Shown here in pieces: positions 8,949-18,666 of a DNA stretch of 64,000 nt; position 1 is the first letter of the stretch; each line of letters starts with the position of its first letter. Under the pieces are notes generated by a model. That model was given only the letters and a program-made list of their open reading frames with translations. It did no database searches and was not told the DNA's origin. Source of the stretch: a virus; the IMG/VR virus record IMGVR_UViG_3300028534_000020, positions 23,622 through 87,621 of that record; one strand, written 5' to 3'. The position numbers and the translations under genes are program-made.

Positions 8949-10076
8949 TTAAAGTATAAATAATTTTTCAAATGCTGGTATATCATACGCTGTAATTCTT
9001 ACAGCTGGTATTTTATTGTCCAAACCAAACGTTAAAAAACCGCCATTGATTTGTCCATATTTGTATAAAAATTCTTGTTGTTCTTTCGTAAGATGATTGT
9101 TTTTATCTTGTTCTTTAAGTAAACCTGCTTTACGTAATTGTGGCAAGCCTGCAAGAACTCTTCGTTTCGAAACGCGTATCCAACCTTTGCTTTCGAGATA
9201 TGCGTCTTTTGATATATACCCTTCTGGGTTAATTATTCCATTTTCAATAAGCAAATCAGAAATTCTATCGTGCAATAAATTTGCAATATCACCATTCAAG
9301 CCATAAAAATCGCCATTTGGCGCGAGCCAACCAGCATCTTTATTTTCTTTAAGAATATCTTTTACTGGCTCGATAGTTTTAAGATTATCAAGTTCGATTT
9401 GCTCATCTATGTATTTTTCAACGTCTTCTTTTGAGCGTTTAAAATACACTTCGTTTTTATCGCTATCGAATACGTCTAATTCACCATCAATATATCTTTT
9501 GTATTTATCAATGATCGTTTCAAAAGAATGCCAGTCTCTGTGGTCTAATGAACTTAGATTTTCGTATACTGGTGGTATAGGTATTTCATTTTTGAAATTT
9601 GCATCTACGTCATTGAATAATATGTTTATATATTTCAAATTTTTCGTAAGCTCGCGAAGTTCATCTTGTTTTTTCAAATAATGTTTTGTGTCAGCAAGGC
9701 CTTCACAATATCCATTTGAAATTCTACGGTACGAAACGCCAAATACACTTTGATTATTGAAATGTTTGTAAATTTTATCTTTAAGCAAATAAAGTTCGTT
9801 TTTCGTGTTTTCGTAATTATCGTATATTTTCTGTACTACTTCTTGAAGTTCCTCTGGTGTAAGTGTTTTATCGATTTTCTCAAGTGTAAATTCGTTTACG
9901 CCTACGAATTGTTTACAGCCAATTAAAATACTTCGAATTATTTTGTAGTTATCTGTTATCGTTTTGAGTATTTGCACGGCTTTATGCAAATTGTATTCTC
10001 GGGTAAATAATTCAAATGTCAAATTTGAAATGTATTCACCACTAATTGAGAAATGTAATGTTTTCGAATTTTCCAT
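8949..10076 (-). CDS. hypothetical protein
   Basis: 375-aa ORF; C-terminal GWLAPNGDFY...H...GWIRV pattern that I cannot assign. Confidence 0.7.
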   Translation of the reverse strand: MENSKTLHFSISGEYISNLTFELFTREYNLHKAVQILKTITDNYKIIRSILIGCKQFVGVNEFTLEKIDKTLTPEELQEVVQKIYDNYENTKNELYLLKDKIYKHFNNQSVFGVSYRRISNGYCEGLADTKHYLKKQDELRELTKNLKYINILFNDVDANFKNEIPIPPVYENLSSLDHRDWHSFETIIDKYKRYIDGELDVFDSDKNEVYFKRSKEDVEKYIDEQIELDNLKTIEPVKDILKENKDAGWLAPNGDFYGLNGDIANLLHDRISDLLIENGIINPEGYISKDAYLESKGWIRVSKRRVLAGLPQLRKAGLLKEQDKNNHLTKEQQEFLYKYGQINGGFLTFGLDNKIPAVRITAYDIPAFEKLFIL

Positions 10077-10092
10077 AACGTTTTATATTTAT

Positions 10093-10110
10093 AGGGCGCC
10101 AAAGCGCCCT
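10093..10110. other. GC-rich intergenic hairpin
   Basis: AGGGCGC-CAAA-GCGCCCT perfect 7-bp stem with no U-tract. Confidence 0.55.
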
Positions 10111-10113
10111 TGA

Positions 10114-10362
10114 TTAGAACATTTTAAAAGTTAGTTTACCATTTTCATACCATTCCTGGATTGAAGGGTCGTTATCAGGGTCTAAATAACCAGTTAATAA
10201 TACTTCAGCAATATCTTTGCGCTTACTTAACTGTTTAGCTCTGTGTTGCGCTGTTTTTACGGGATAACGGTTTTCATAGCAGGTGTCGAGTTCCCAATCT
10301 TGACGTGGGTCAAGTTCTTTTATCTTTTTATATTCAATGCGTATGAATTTTGAACGTGTCAT
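10114..10362 (-). CDS. hypothetical protein
   Basis: Packed minus-strand ORF. Confidence 0.6.
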   Translation of the reverse strand: MTRSKFIRIEYKKIKELDPRQDWELDTCYENRYPVKTAQHRAKQLSKRKDIAEVLLTGYLDPDNDPSIQEWYENGKLTFKMF

Positions 10363-10363
10363 T

Positions 10364-10600
10364 TTATGCGATTTTTGTACTTAATGTTATTATTTCGCCT
10401 TCTACATTATGCGTTTCCTTAATTTCATAAACGCTTATATTTTTTGCATTTATACCAAAGCTATGCATATATGCCATTTGTTCAAGCGCTTCCCATTTTT
10501 CATATCGACGTGCCTTTGTAATATCCTTTGTCCATTGTACAATACCAAAGAACATATTTTGCTGATAGCCTTGCGTTGATTTAATTACAAAATTTTTCAT
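10364..10600 (-). CDS. hypothetical protein
   Basis: Packed minus-strand ORF. Confidence 0.6.
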   Translation of the reverse strand: MKNFVIKSTQGYQQNMFFGIVQWTKDITKARRYEKWEALEQMAYMHSFGINAKNISVYEIKETHNVEGEIITLSTKIA

Positions 10601-10603
10601 AGT

Positions 10604-11005
10604 TTATAGTTTTATTACTGAGAAGTTTTTACTCATTTCTGTGTAAGCTGTAACAGCATCCATTCTTAACATTCCAATTACAGGAGTAGGGTCATAATCT
10701 TTAAATGTTTTTTCAAGTACAGTTTTTAACTGGTCAAGATTTTCGCAAATTTGAGCACAGCCAGTATATCCAAATGTTAATTTATAACCTTTGTCTATAT
10801 TGACAATTTCAGCGTTAAATGCCGTCATACTATCAAAAAATGATTTTTTATTTTGAGCTTGAAATTTTGTATTATATACTGCGGCTTCACATAGTTTGTC
10901 AGTGAAATGCATTCTGCCGTGAGAACTGCCTTTATAATACCCTTTTTCAGTTTTAATTACAATTACTGTTGTGTCTGGTAAGTTGACTTGTACTTTTGTT
11001 TTCAT
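10604..11005 (-). CDS. hypothetical protein
   Basis: First ORF after the promoter at 11044. Confidence 0.65.
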   Translation of the reverse strand: MKTKVQVNLPDTTVIVIKTEKGYYKGSSHGRMHFTDKLCEAAVYNTKFQAQNKKSFFDSMTAFNAEIVNIDKGYKLTFGYTGCAQICENLDQLKTVLEKTFKDYDPTPVIGMLRMDAVTAYTEMSKNFSVIKL

Positions 11006-11043
11006 TTTGCTAACGGTTTTAATTATTGTTTTGTTTTACACTA

Positions 11044-11074
11044 CAAATATACACTATATACTTTTAATAAAAAA
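11044..11074 (-). promoter_or_regulatory. TAnnTTTG promoter cassette
   Basis: 31 bp identical to 6394-6424. Confidence 0.8.
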
Positions 11075-11145
11075 ACTTTTTTGACATTTTTTTATAAAAA
11101 ATTTATAGTTTGTAATTATAATCAGCGTTTATAGCGCAAAAATTT

Positions 11146-11568
11146 TTATAAAATATTTCTGTTTTGCAATAAAATTCGCACTTTTTCCCAATCTACAAAT
11201 GGTCTATTTGATACATTTTTGTCAAATTTTAGCGGAATACCAAGCCCTGCGTCATCAATATACAAATGACAATACACCTTTGGCGACGTAGTCCAAGTGC
11301 GTTGTTCTGGGTTTTCATTTGCAGCATATAATTCTATACCATTTTTATTAAACCATTCAATAGCGTCGCTTAAATACGTTCCTGGCTGAGGTATAATTTC
11401 TGCAGAATTACTTTTTGGGTTGTCAATATCAGAACGCATTGTATATAATATCAATTTATGCCCTGCATTGACAAGTTCTTTTAATATAGGTATTGCGCCT
11501 ATATCTTTACCTATGTTTGGAAACTCGTGTGTAACGCAAGTTCCATCAAAATCAATTCCTATTATCAT
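11146..11568 (-). CDS. small HAD-superfamily hydrolase
   Basis: IIGIDFDGTC (DxDGT), LYTMRS, LYIDD. Confidence 0.85.
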   Translation of the reverse strand: MIIGIDFDGTCVTHEFPNIGKDIGAIPILKELVNAGHKLILYTMRSDIDNPKSNSAEIIPQPGTYLSDAIEWFNKNGIELYAANENPEQRTWTTSPKVYCHLYIDDAGLGIPLKFDKNVSNRPFVDWEKVRILLQNRNIL

Positions 11569-11891
11569 TTTTTATAATTTTTTAATACTTCGCAGTTATC
11601 CATATTACATAAAGGCCCATCGACGTGAGCGCAGCCTTCATTTAAGTATATGGGACAATCTTTTACAGGGTCATAAGGTAAAAATTCAAGATTTCCCCAC
11701 CAATAAATATCAATAGGCCCTTCGCATTCAGCGCAGTATACATTTTTAGTTTTGTATTGCTGTTTAATTCTTGCAAATTCAAGCCATCGAATTTCATTAC
11801 CAATTTTAACTGGCCACCATAGAAATTTAGTTTTTTCCCGTATTTCACCCACTTTCGGTTTGGGTTTTAATTTTATTCTCATTTTAATCAC
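11565..11891 (-). CDS. Cys-containing hypothetical protein
   Basis: Packed ORF with CAEC and a C-terminal Cys cluster. Confidence 0.55.
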   Translation of the reverse strand: MIKMRIKLKPKPKVGEIREKTKFLWWPVKIGNEIRWLEFARIKQQYKTKNVYCAECEGPIDIYWWGNLEFLPYDPVKDCPIYLNEGCAHVDGPLCNMDNCEVLKNYKK

Positions 11892-13059
11892 AGTTTATAG
11901 TATATTTTGCTCTTATTTCCATTCTTTCAAGGTCGAGCAATAATAAACCTTGTTTGGGCGTTTCAAATTCAAAGCCTAAATCACTTGCGAATGCGTTATA
12001 TCCAATTAATGAACCATTAACAAGTGTCTTTTTGTTTGCTTCGAATAATGTATGAAAATGACCAATGATATTATAATCAGCTGCGCGATTTTGGTCAAGT
12101 CGCAATATCATTTTATTTAATGGAATTGTTATTCCACCGACACCACCAGCAAATCTTATATTATCGCCGTGAAATGTTCTTAATACGAATTTCTTTGTTT
12201 TATACAAAAACGTAAAATAACTAATTAGCGATTTTGCGATATGGAATTCGAAAGTTTCGTCTTTACTAAAATAATCTGCTATATCGCTATACATCAACCA
12301 TTCGTACGAGTTTTTATATGCAGTTTCGCTAAAACGCTTTTTAAGCGTTGTTCGCCCGTGATTACCATAATTACATTGAACTATAATTTTCTTTACGTTA
12401 GTCTCAGTTTTTATGTGCTCTAATCCTGCGATTATACGTTCTTTTGCAAATTTTATTGCTTGAGTTGGTGATAATTGATTTGCTTCTTTTAATTCCTCGT
12501 GAATATACCCAGAAATTATATCACCATTTAGCAATATGTATAATGTGTCTATGTTATAATACGTTTTTAAGTGATTAACCAATTTATGCGAGCGATTAAA
12601 GCATTTTTTTATGCGTTTATCTGATATTTCTAAATTGAATTCATTTAAACCATTCACTGACTCAGGCGAAACTGTCTCTTCAACGTGCCAATCAGAATAT
12701 ATCAATATGGGTATTGCTTTATGCAAATCTTGTTGTTCATTATCGACTGGCATTCTGTATTCGGGTTTTAATGATTTAATATACAAAAGTGTATTCAGCC
12801 GTTTCTCAGTTATATCAAGATTTTCTAATGCTTTCTTGTATAGTTTATCTTTTTCTTTTAATTGTGTTTTTAGAATACGTTCTTTGCGGTCAAAATGGTA
12901 TTTTATATCAGTATGCTTTTTTACTTTTTGCTTTTTGTAATACCTGGACGAAAACGTTTTCTCACTCATACCTGATATTTTTGCTAATCTGCGAAACCAG
13001 GCGTTATTTGATTCATTTTTCTTTTTTGGATAATTGTGTAAAAATTCTTTTGCTGTCAT
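11884..13059 (-). CDS. calcineurin-like metallophosphoesterase with N-terminal HTH/coiled coil
   Basis: SDWH, NGDII, GNHGR, FHGD, GHFH motifs. Confidence 0.85.
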   Translation of the reverse strand: MTAKEFLHNYPKKKNESNNAWFRRLAKISGMSEKTFSSRYYKKQKVKKHTDIKYHFDRKERILKTQLKEKDKLYKKALENLDITEKRLNTLLYIKSLKPEYRMPVDNEQQDLHKAIPILIYSDWHVEETVSPESVNGLNEFNLEISDKRIKKCFNRSHKLVNHLKTYYNIDTLYILLNGDIISGYIHEELKEANQLSPTQAIKFAKERIIAGLEHIKTETNVKKIIVQCNYGNHGRTTLKKRFSETAYKNSYEWLMYSDIADYFSKDETFEFHIAKSLISYFTFLYKTKKFVLRTFHGDNIRFAGGVGGITIPLNKMILRLDQNRAADYNIIGHFHTLFEANKKTLVNGSLIGYNAFASDLGFEFETPKQGLLLLDLERMEIRAKYTINCD

Positions 13060-13090
13060 TTGTATTGCGTTTTATGTGTTCAATACAAAA

Positions 13091-13621
13091 TTAAAAAGGA
13101 ATTTCATCGCCCTCATTATGATTTATATCACAATTATCGTCGCCGCATTCGCACGTTTTTGAAGTATTTAAGTCATCGTCAAATACTTTTGATATATTTT
13201 CCCACATATTATCAATTTCATCTGAGTCAATATCTACTTTGCTTTTTTTGACAGTCGCAACTACACGTTTATTCAAATCGTCATAGTATGCGTCAAGTGT
13301 TTTTGTATATTTTTTTGAGTTTTCTGAGAGCGTCATAATTTGTATATTATCAAGGGTATATCCCTTATTATTATCAATTCTATCAATCGAATACGAGTCC
13401 TTCTTTTTACCTTTTCCGACAAAATAATCTGTCTCGATTGCAAATTTCTTAAACTGTTCAAACGTTAAATCAAATTCTTTACCTCTGTGCTTTGCATTAC
13501 TTCGTAAATTGTAATATGCATATTTCATAGGGTGACGTTCTTTATAGCGTCGTTTTACGCAAGCATAGCAATATTTACCCTGCTTTGCTTCACGTCTGCA
13601 ATATTTAGTCGCGCATTTCAC
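13091..13621 (-). CDS. HNH-like endonuclease
   Basis: SIDRIDNNKGYTLDNIQIMTLSEN; N-terminal Cys cluster. Confidence 0.75.
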   Translation of the reverse strand: MKCATKYCRREAKQGKYCYACVKRRYKERHPMKYAYYNLRSNAKHRGKEFDLTFEQFKKFAIETDYFVGKGKKKDSYSIDRIDNNKGYTLDNIQIMTLSENSKKYTKTLDAYYDDLNKRVVATVKKSKVDIDSDEIDNMWENISKVFDDDLNTSKTCECGDDNCDINHNEGDEIPF

Positions 13622-14783
13622 TTTGAATTTCTATTTGTGCAACGTTATTCTCAAGTTCTTTTTGTCGTTTTAATAGTTTTTCGCGTATGAGTTCTTTAAC
13701 AGTTTTTGCCTTCTTAACTTCAGTATGAGGTATATCGATTATTCGCTGTAATACTTGCGCAGTTTTCTGTTCACGTTTATTTACTTCCTGATTCATTTGC
13801 ATAAGTTTATTTAAGTCATATACTTGTGCAGATGGATATTCTGGTAAGTCATAAACTTTCTGTTCGTCTTTCGGCGCAAATCCTGTATATTTTGCATAAT
13901 AACTGTTTTGCAATCTATACAGCAATAATAATGGGTTAATGCCTGTTCTTGTCGCTACCCTGGTGATTATGATTTCGTTAATCGGAAGTTTTTTGAATAA
14001 TTCTCTATGTATATGGATATTTAACGTATGTTCGATATTTACGTTTACATCGCCTTCGATACGCAATACATCACCATCGACTTCACGTCTTATAGACTCA
14101 AGCAAATCTTTAAGGAATTTACGGTCATCACGCGATTTTGCAGATTGATATTGTTCTTTCGTTTCAAGATATAACCACAAATACTCTTCGAGACGCGATT
14201 TCTTATGCGCCAGACGAACAGTTTTAAAGTTATTCGTGTATTCCTTTTGAAGTTCAAGTATTTTTTCAAGATTTTTGGCGCGAAACGACTGTATAGCATT
14301 TATTGAAATATCAATTCCCCATTCCTTTACGATTTCGCGATGAACTTCTTGTATTGACCACATCTTGCCAAACATAGCAAGTATTTCTGCTTTTCTATTA
14401 TCAATAACAAGATAATCATCATAATTTAAGCCATAAAATACAGAATGACCACTTTCGCCAAGTGCGGCTTTCTTAAGTGTTGTTAATTTATTATATGCGT
14501 TTGTGACAACATTTCGTAATGCATATATGTATTTTTGCTCGTTATCTGGTAGGTGCCGAATCGCTTTTTTGATTTTATCATCACGAGCTAATAAATCGAT
14601 TTGAAGTAATTTATCGTTTTGTGATTGATAAAAACGTTTTTCTGTTATCCACGGGCTTTCGCGTAGTTTTAAAAATTGATTGTAATACGTTTGATTTTTT
14701 ACTTTAAGACCATCAATTTGCGTATACTGTACAGATGAACCCGCGTTTGATTGTACTAATATCTTTTCCTGTTTTTGTCCCAT
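13605..14783 (-). CDS. possible terminase small subunit-like helical DNA-binding protein
   Basis: HTH-like EILAMFGKMWSIQEVHREI followed by RLEEY...LESIRRE; resemblance only. Confidence 0.35.
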   Translation of the reverse strand: MGQKQEKILVQSNAGSSVQYTQIDGLKVKNQTYYNQFLKLRESPWITEKRFYQSQNDKLLQIDLLARDDKIKKAIRHLPDNEQKYIYALRNVVTNAYNKLTTLKKAALGESGHSVFYGLNYDDYLVIDNRKAEILAMFGKMWSIQEVHREIVKEWGIDISINAIQSFRAKNLEKILELQKEYTNNFKTVRLAHKKSRLEEYLWLYLETKEQYQSAKSRDDRKFLKDLLESIRREVDGDVLRIEGDVNVNIEHTLNIHIHRELFKKLPINEIIITRVATRTGINPLLLLYRLQNSYYAKYTGFAPKDEQKVYDLPEYPSAQVYDLNKLMQMNQEVNKREQKTAQVLQRIIDIPHTEVKKAKTVKELIREKLLKRQKELENNVAQIEIQSEMRD

Positions 14784-14806
14784 ATTCGTTTAATAGTTTA
14801 TCAATA

Positions 14807-14815
14807 CAAATATAC
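14807..14815 (-). promoter_or_regulatory. TAnnTTTG promoter
   Basis: CAAATATAC 23 nt before the ATG at 14783; upstream part differs from the cassette copies. Confidence 0.6.
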
Positions 14816-14871
14816 ATAATAAATCTTTAAGAACAGTACCTCACAAAATAGCAGTGACTTTTTTACATATT

Positions 14872-15120
14872 CTAATTAGAAAAATACTTACCACATATAT
14901 CGCACTTTAAACGTGAGTAAGGTGACGCAAAGGCATCATCTGAGATTGCAGAGGTGCCATCAGGATATTTGTGATTACATTCATTTTGCTTTTGTAGTTT
15001 GCGAACTTCTTTAAGCGTAACTTGAAATGCCCATTTTTCTTTACGCATATCACCAAACTCATCACACGATTTTATTTTGCGTTCTAAGAACTTTATTATA
15101 TCATTACACATATTTACCAT
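14872..15120 (-). CDS. hypothetical protein with C-terminal Zn-ribbon-like motif
   Basis: CNH...CDICG. Confidence 0.55.
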   Translation of the reverse strand: MVNMCNDIIKFLERKIKSCDEFGDMRKEKWAFQVTLKEVRKLQKQNECNHKYPDGTSAISDDAFASPYSRLKCDICGKYFSN

Positions 15121-15347
15121 AGTTTTAAATAATAATTAAATATCAACGCTAAAACAGCGATTGTCAGTTCTAATTCCCATAATACAAGAATAACAGCAGT
15201 TATATCCCATACTTCATATTCAAGATATGCTTCATACCAGTCTATCCAATGACTTAATGCATATCGTATTCTATGGTACAGATATATAATTGTCTGGATA
15301 ATGAATATAAATATTAATATTTGAAGTGCTTCGTTAGTTATTATCAT
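15114..15347 (-). CDS. small two-TM membrane protein
   Basis: Two hydrophobic segments. Confidence 0.55.
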   Translation of the reverse strand: MIITNEALQILIFIFIIQTIIYLYHRIRYALSHWIDWYEAYLEYEVWDITAVILVLWELELTIAVLALIFNYYLKLW

Positions 15348-15444
15348 TTTCTTTTCGTTTTTGATAATAATGTAATGCTATCAGTACTGCGATAAACATC
15401 AGTGTATCGTCTGCTATTATGATTAAGTTATCTTGTAGTGTCAT
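15334..15444 (-). CDS. small hydrophobic peptide (36 aa, MTLQDNLIII...)
   Basis: Translated by hand; fills the gap. Confidence 0.4.
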   Translation of the reverse strand: MTLQDNLIIIADDTLMFIAVLIALHYYQKRKENDNN

Positions 15445-15447
15445 ATC

Positions 15448-15777
15448 TTAAAAGTCTGGTATTAAGTATTGTATAGTTCCTATTGCTGTCTGTATTAGTT
15501 TTCTTTCGTGTTTATACAAGCGAGCTGGCTTAAATTCGTTATAGCGTTCTTGTAATTTATTTATCATATTTTCTTTTGATAATATGATTTGTTGAGTCAT
15601 CAGTTTGTCTGCTATCTGTTCTGCTATCTTAAGATATTCTTGTCTTTGCGCTTCGTTTTCATATTCGTAATTATCATATAGCGTTTCGTATACAATCTTT
15701 TCAATGGCTGTGTGTTGTGCTTTGAATATAGGGTCTTTGTGTAGTTTTTCTTTTAGTGCGTTTTCTGTTATGCTCAT
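15448..15777 (-). CDS. hypothetical protein
   Basis: Packed minus-strand ORF. Confidence 0.55.
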   Translation of the reverse strand: MSITENALKEKLHKDPIFKAQHTAIEKIVYETLYDNYEYENEAQRQEYLKIAEQIADKLMTQQIILSKENMINKLQERYNEFKPARLYKHERKLIQTAIGTIQYLIPDF

Positions 15778-16117
15778 TGCTTATAATTTTTATTTCGTGA
15801 TTACTTACAGCTATATGGTCTGCAAATATTTTACTTCGCTGTCCATTTAACCATACGTCGATTTCGTGTAAATTTCTCATTTGGAAACTGTCTACGATTA
15901 TATGGCTATAATTTCCGTCATTGTCAAGCGATATCCAATACATTTGCTTGTATGTTATTGTTTTTCTTTCGCAAGATGATAATACTACAATCATTATTGT
16001 TATAAGTATTATCAGCACAGCTTTAAAGAATTCTTTTCTGTTTTGTAATTCTTTATAATGGCATATACCTTGCCAATTGCCGTCATATTTTTTGAAGGGT
16101 TCTGTAAAATATTTCAT
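15701..16117 (-). CDS. putative lipoprotein / membrane-anchored protein
   Basis: Hydrophobic stretch ending in lipobox-like LSSC; start moved to MKYF. Confidence 0.5.
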   Translation of the reverse strand: MKYFTEPFKKYDGNWQGICHYKELQNRKEFFKAVLIILITIMIVVLSSCERKTITYKQMYWISLDNDGNYSHIIVDSFQMRNLHEIDVWLNGQRSKIFADHIAVSNHEIKIISNEHNRKRTKRKTTQRPYIQSTTHSH

Positions 16118-16118
16118 A

Positions 16119-16763
16119 TTATTTTTCGATTTCGTCAATTTCATAAAATGTTTCCATTGAATCGCGTTCTTGTATGAAAGCGTCTAACCATTCCTCAGCT
16201 TCGGGATATTTCATTTCACTTATTGTGAGTTCATCTCCGTTTTCTTGAGCTTTCTTTAATTGATTGTACACATTACTTGGCATTTTTACATCGCCTAAGT
16301 GAACTGCATATTTTACATTTACGTGTAATTTCTTTACAGATATTGAATGGCCATCTTTTTGAAGTTGGTCTTCGATATATTTTTTTGCGCCACTTATTAA
16401 ATCTGCTGGAAACGCTGAGTTAAATGCTCTTTGCATTTCGTCAATATCGATTTTATTAAGTATTTCAAGCTGTTCTTTTAAAAACTTTTTTACTTCGTCT
16501 ACTTCTTGTTCTACTTTCTGTACAGCATATATATTTGCTTTATCATTTACATTTTCTGATACCCAAGTACCATCATCACTTACATAAATAAAACCTAACG
16601 CAAAATCATCAATATGTACGCCATCTTCGAATTTTCCTTTTACAGTCAAATTTGACCGAATTACTTTAAATTCTCTATCGATATAATCGAATTTTAAGAT
16701 ATTTACTTTATCTCCGGGTTTGAGTTTGTATAACTCATCTAATGTTAATGTTTTGTTTTCCAT
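16119..16763 (-). CDS. hypothetical protein
   Basis: Packed minus-strand ORF. Confidence 0.65.
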   Translation of the reverse strand: MENKTLTLDELYKLKPGDKVNILKFDYIDREFKVIRSNLTVKGKFEDGVHIDDFALGFIYVSDDGTWVSENVNDKANIYAVQKVEQEVDEVKKFLKEQLEILNKIDIDEMQRAFNSAFPADLISGAKKYIEDQLQKDGHSISVKKLHVNVKYAVHLGDVKMPSNVYNQLKKAQENGDELTISEMKYPEAEEWLDAFIQERDSMETFYEIDEIEK

Positions 16764-16767
16764 TTTA

Positions 16768-17004
16768 TTATGATTTTATTGCTTGACTTGCTGCTTTACC
16801 AATTTCTTGTAAAAATTGTTTTATTTTTCTAAACAGAATTTGCTTTTTCGTTTCAGTGTATTTACTTTTAAAGTTATCACAAATTTCTGAGTGTTCCCAC
16901 GTATGAAAATTACGCGTTGCTCCACCTACGCAAAAGCCTTCTTTTAATGGCTTAAAGTCTGGTCCAATGTACGGGTCATAAAATGTACAATCTTTACAAG
17001 TCAT
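16768..17004 (-). CDS. small Cys-rich protein
   Basis: CKDC...C...C. Confidence 0.55.
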   Translation of the reverse strand: MTCKDCTFYDPYIGPDFKPLKEGFCVGGATRNFHTWEHSEICDNFKSKYTETKKQILFRKIKQFLQEIGKAASQAIKS

Positions 17005-17398
17005 ATATCAAGCTTTGAGGTTTGTTTGTATTTCTATCGTAATGTATTTTCCCTTTGCCTATCCATTCAACAAGTTCAGGGTTGTCGTGAAAAAATTTTT
17101 GAATTTCTCGTAAATCTTTTCTATCAACTATACAATGCTCTTCATCAAGTTCGTGTAAATCTTCGAGATGGCGATGTGTATGTAAATAATTAAAACCAAT
17201 TATTTTAGTTTTATTTTCATTTACAACTTCAGCACAGAATAATTCTTTAAGATTTTCTAAATCTTTTTCGAATTGTTCAGATTTACTATACTGTTTTGAT
17301 AACAGTATTTCAGATATTCCATTCTTTTGCTTAACAAGCGTTAATACTCGCTTGTCTTTTCCTTTTGCTTTGTCGATTGAGATTTTATAATTCCCCAT
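16994..17398 (-). CDS. hypothetical protein
   Basis: Packed minus-strand ORF. Confidence 0.6.
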   Translation of the reverse strand: MGNYKISIDKAKGKDKRVLTLVKQKNGISEILLSKQYSKSEQFEKDLENLKELFCAEVVNENKTKIIGFNYLHTHRHLEDLHELDEEHCIVDRKDLREIQKFFHDNPELVEWIGKGKIHYDRNTNKPQSLIYDL

Positions 17399-17636
17399 AA
17401 CTTTGTACTTTTAAGTTGATTATTGTTTCAATTCCAAATTCGTTATATCGCTTTTTGTCAACACGAGCAATTTTTATATGTCTTTTATCTAACTGTGTAG
17501 TGTCTATTAAATCTTTTAGCGATATTCTTGGGTTTTCCCAAGCTAAATTTTTTAATAGCTTAGAACGCAATTTATCAGCGTATACTGGCAATAAGTTTTC
17601 AAATTCTATTTCGAGTATTATTTTAATGTTTTCCAT
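17385..17636 (-). CDS. hypothetical protein
   Basis: Packed minus-strand ORF. Confidence 0.55.
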   Translation of the reverse strand: MENIKIILEIEFENLLPVYADKLRSKLLKNLAWENPRISLKDLIDTTQLDKRHIKIARVDKKRYNEFGIETIINLKVQSYGEL

Positions 17637-18093
17637 TTTCTTTCATTTTGATATATTGCTCTTTTGCAAGTTCCAAAACTTCTTTAGCGCCTTTACATTC
17701 AAGTATTTTATATGTGTCGATATAACCTTTTTCGTCTCGAGTGATTTTAATACAATTTTCTTTTTGTTTTATCATCATATTAAACCATTCAAGTAATTTG
17801 TCTTGCCCTCCACCTAATATGTAAAAGTCATATCCCAAATCTGCTTTTATTACAAAATCATTTTTAACACGCTCAACTTCCCAACCAGTAAAAATCGGTT
17901 TTGCTTTTTTTAACAAAAATGCTTTGCCTTCAACGAAATATGTCGTTTCATCATTATATGTTTTCGCTTCAACTTTATTTTTTACAAAATTTAATAACTC
18001 ATCACGAGTTGCGAATTTATACCCGGCTTTTTCAAGTGCTTCGATAAATATTTTATCGTACATTTTTGTAAATTCTTGCTTTAAATTTTCCAT
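17623..18093 (-). CDS. hypothetical protein
   Basis: Packed minus-strand ORF. Confidence 0.6.
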   Translation of the reverse strand: MENLKQEFTKMYDKIFIEALEKAGYKFATRDELLNFVKNKVEAKTYNDETTYFVEGKAFLLKKAKPIFTGWEVERVKNDFVIKADLGYDFYILGGGQDKLLEWFNMMIKQKENCIKITRDEKGYIDTYKILECKGAKEVLELAKEQYIKMKENGKH

Positions 18094-18100
18094 AGTTGTA

Positions 18101-18313
18101 TTATGTTAATAAATTATATCCAGTTATAAAGCGAATATCGTCGTGCTCTATTGCTATCAATTTGATATTTACGACATTTCTATCGCTTGCCATTTTTATA
18201 TCAGCGTCATCGAAAAATTTATATAATTTTTCCTCTGCTTGAGTCGGGTGTTTAGCAACTACCCAATAATCGCCAAAACCTTTCGTTGTTAATTTGTAGA
18301 GTTTATTTTTCAT
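18101..18313 (-). CDS. hypothetical protein
   Basis: Packed minus-strand ORF. Confidence 0.6.
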   Translation of the reverse strand: MKNKLYKLTTKGFGDYWVVAKHPTQAEEKLYKFFDDADIKMASDRNVVNIKLIAIEHDDIRFITGYNLLT

Positions 18314-18567
18314 AACACTTTATTGATTTTTATAATGACAGTCGTCACTTTAAGTTTACTTATACTTTTCGCGCCATACGTATAACGAAAATAATGATTT
18401 ATACGTAATACAGTGCCATAAATTCTTTTATCTTTTACGTCATATACACTTGGCGCAAAATTTTCTATCACAATATCTATTTCCTCACCTACTTTAAAGC
18501 AAGATTCACCTTCAACTTCAAGAATAATATTCTCGTTTTCGTCCGTTATGATTATTTTATTTCTCAT
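18310..18567 (-). CDS. hypothetical protein
   Basis: Packed minus-strand ORF. Confidence 0.6.
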   Translation of the reverse strand: MRNKIIITDENENIILEVEGESCFKVGEEIDIVIENFAPSVYDVKDKRIYGTVLRINHYFRYTYGAKSISKLKVTTVIIKINKVL

Positions 18568-18584
18568 ATAATTATTATTTATAA

Positions 18585-18662
18585 ATGATAACTGCCAAGG
18601 GTTCGCACCTTATTCCCAGTTTTTTGAGTTTCGAGCTCATTTCTATTTTTGGCAGTTATCAT
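18585..18662 (-). other. 78-bp element bounded by a perfect 14-bp inverted repeat; tRNA-like fold lacking a D-arm
   Basis: ATGATAACTGCCAA (18585-18598) and TTGGCAGTTATCAT (18649-18662); internal TGAG-CTCGAAA-CTCA and TAAGG-TGCGAAC-CCTTG hairpins on minus. Confidence 0.35.
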
Positions 18663-18666
18663 AATA

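Noticed and set aside
10093-10110. Hairpin as an intrinsic terminator
   Set aside because: There is no U-tract on either strand; left as an unassigned hairpin.
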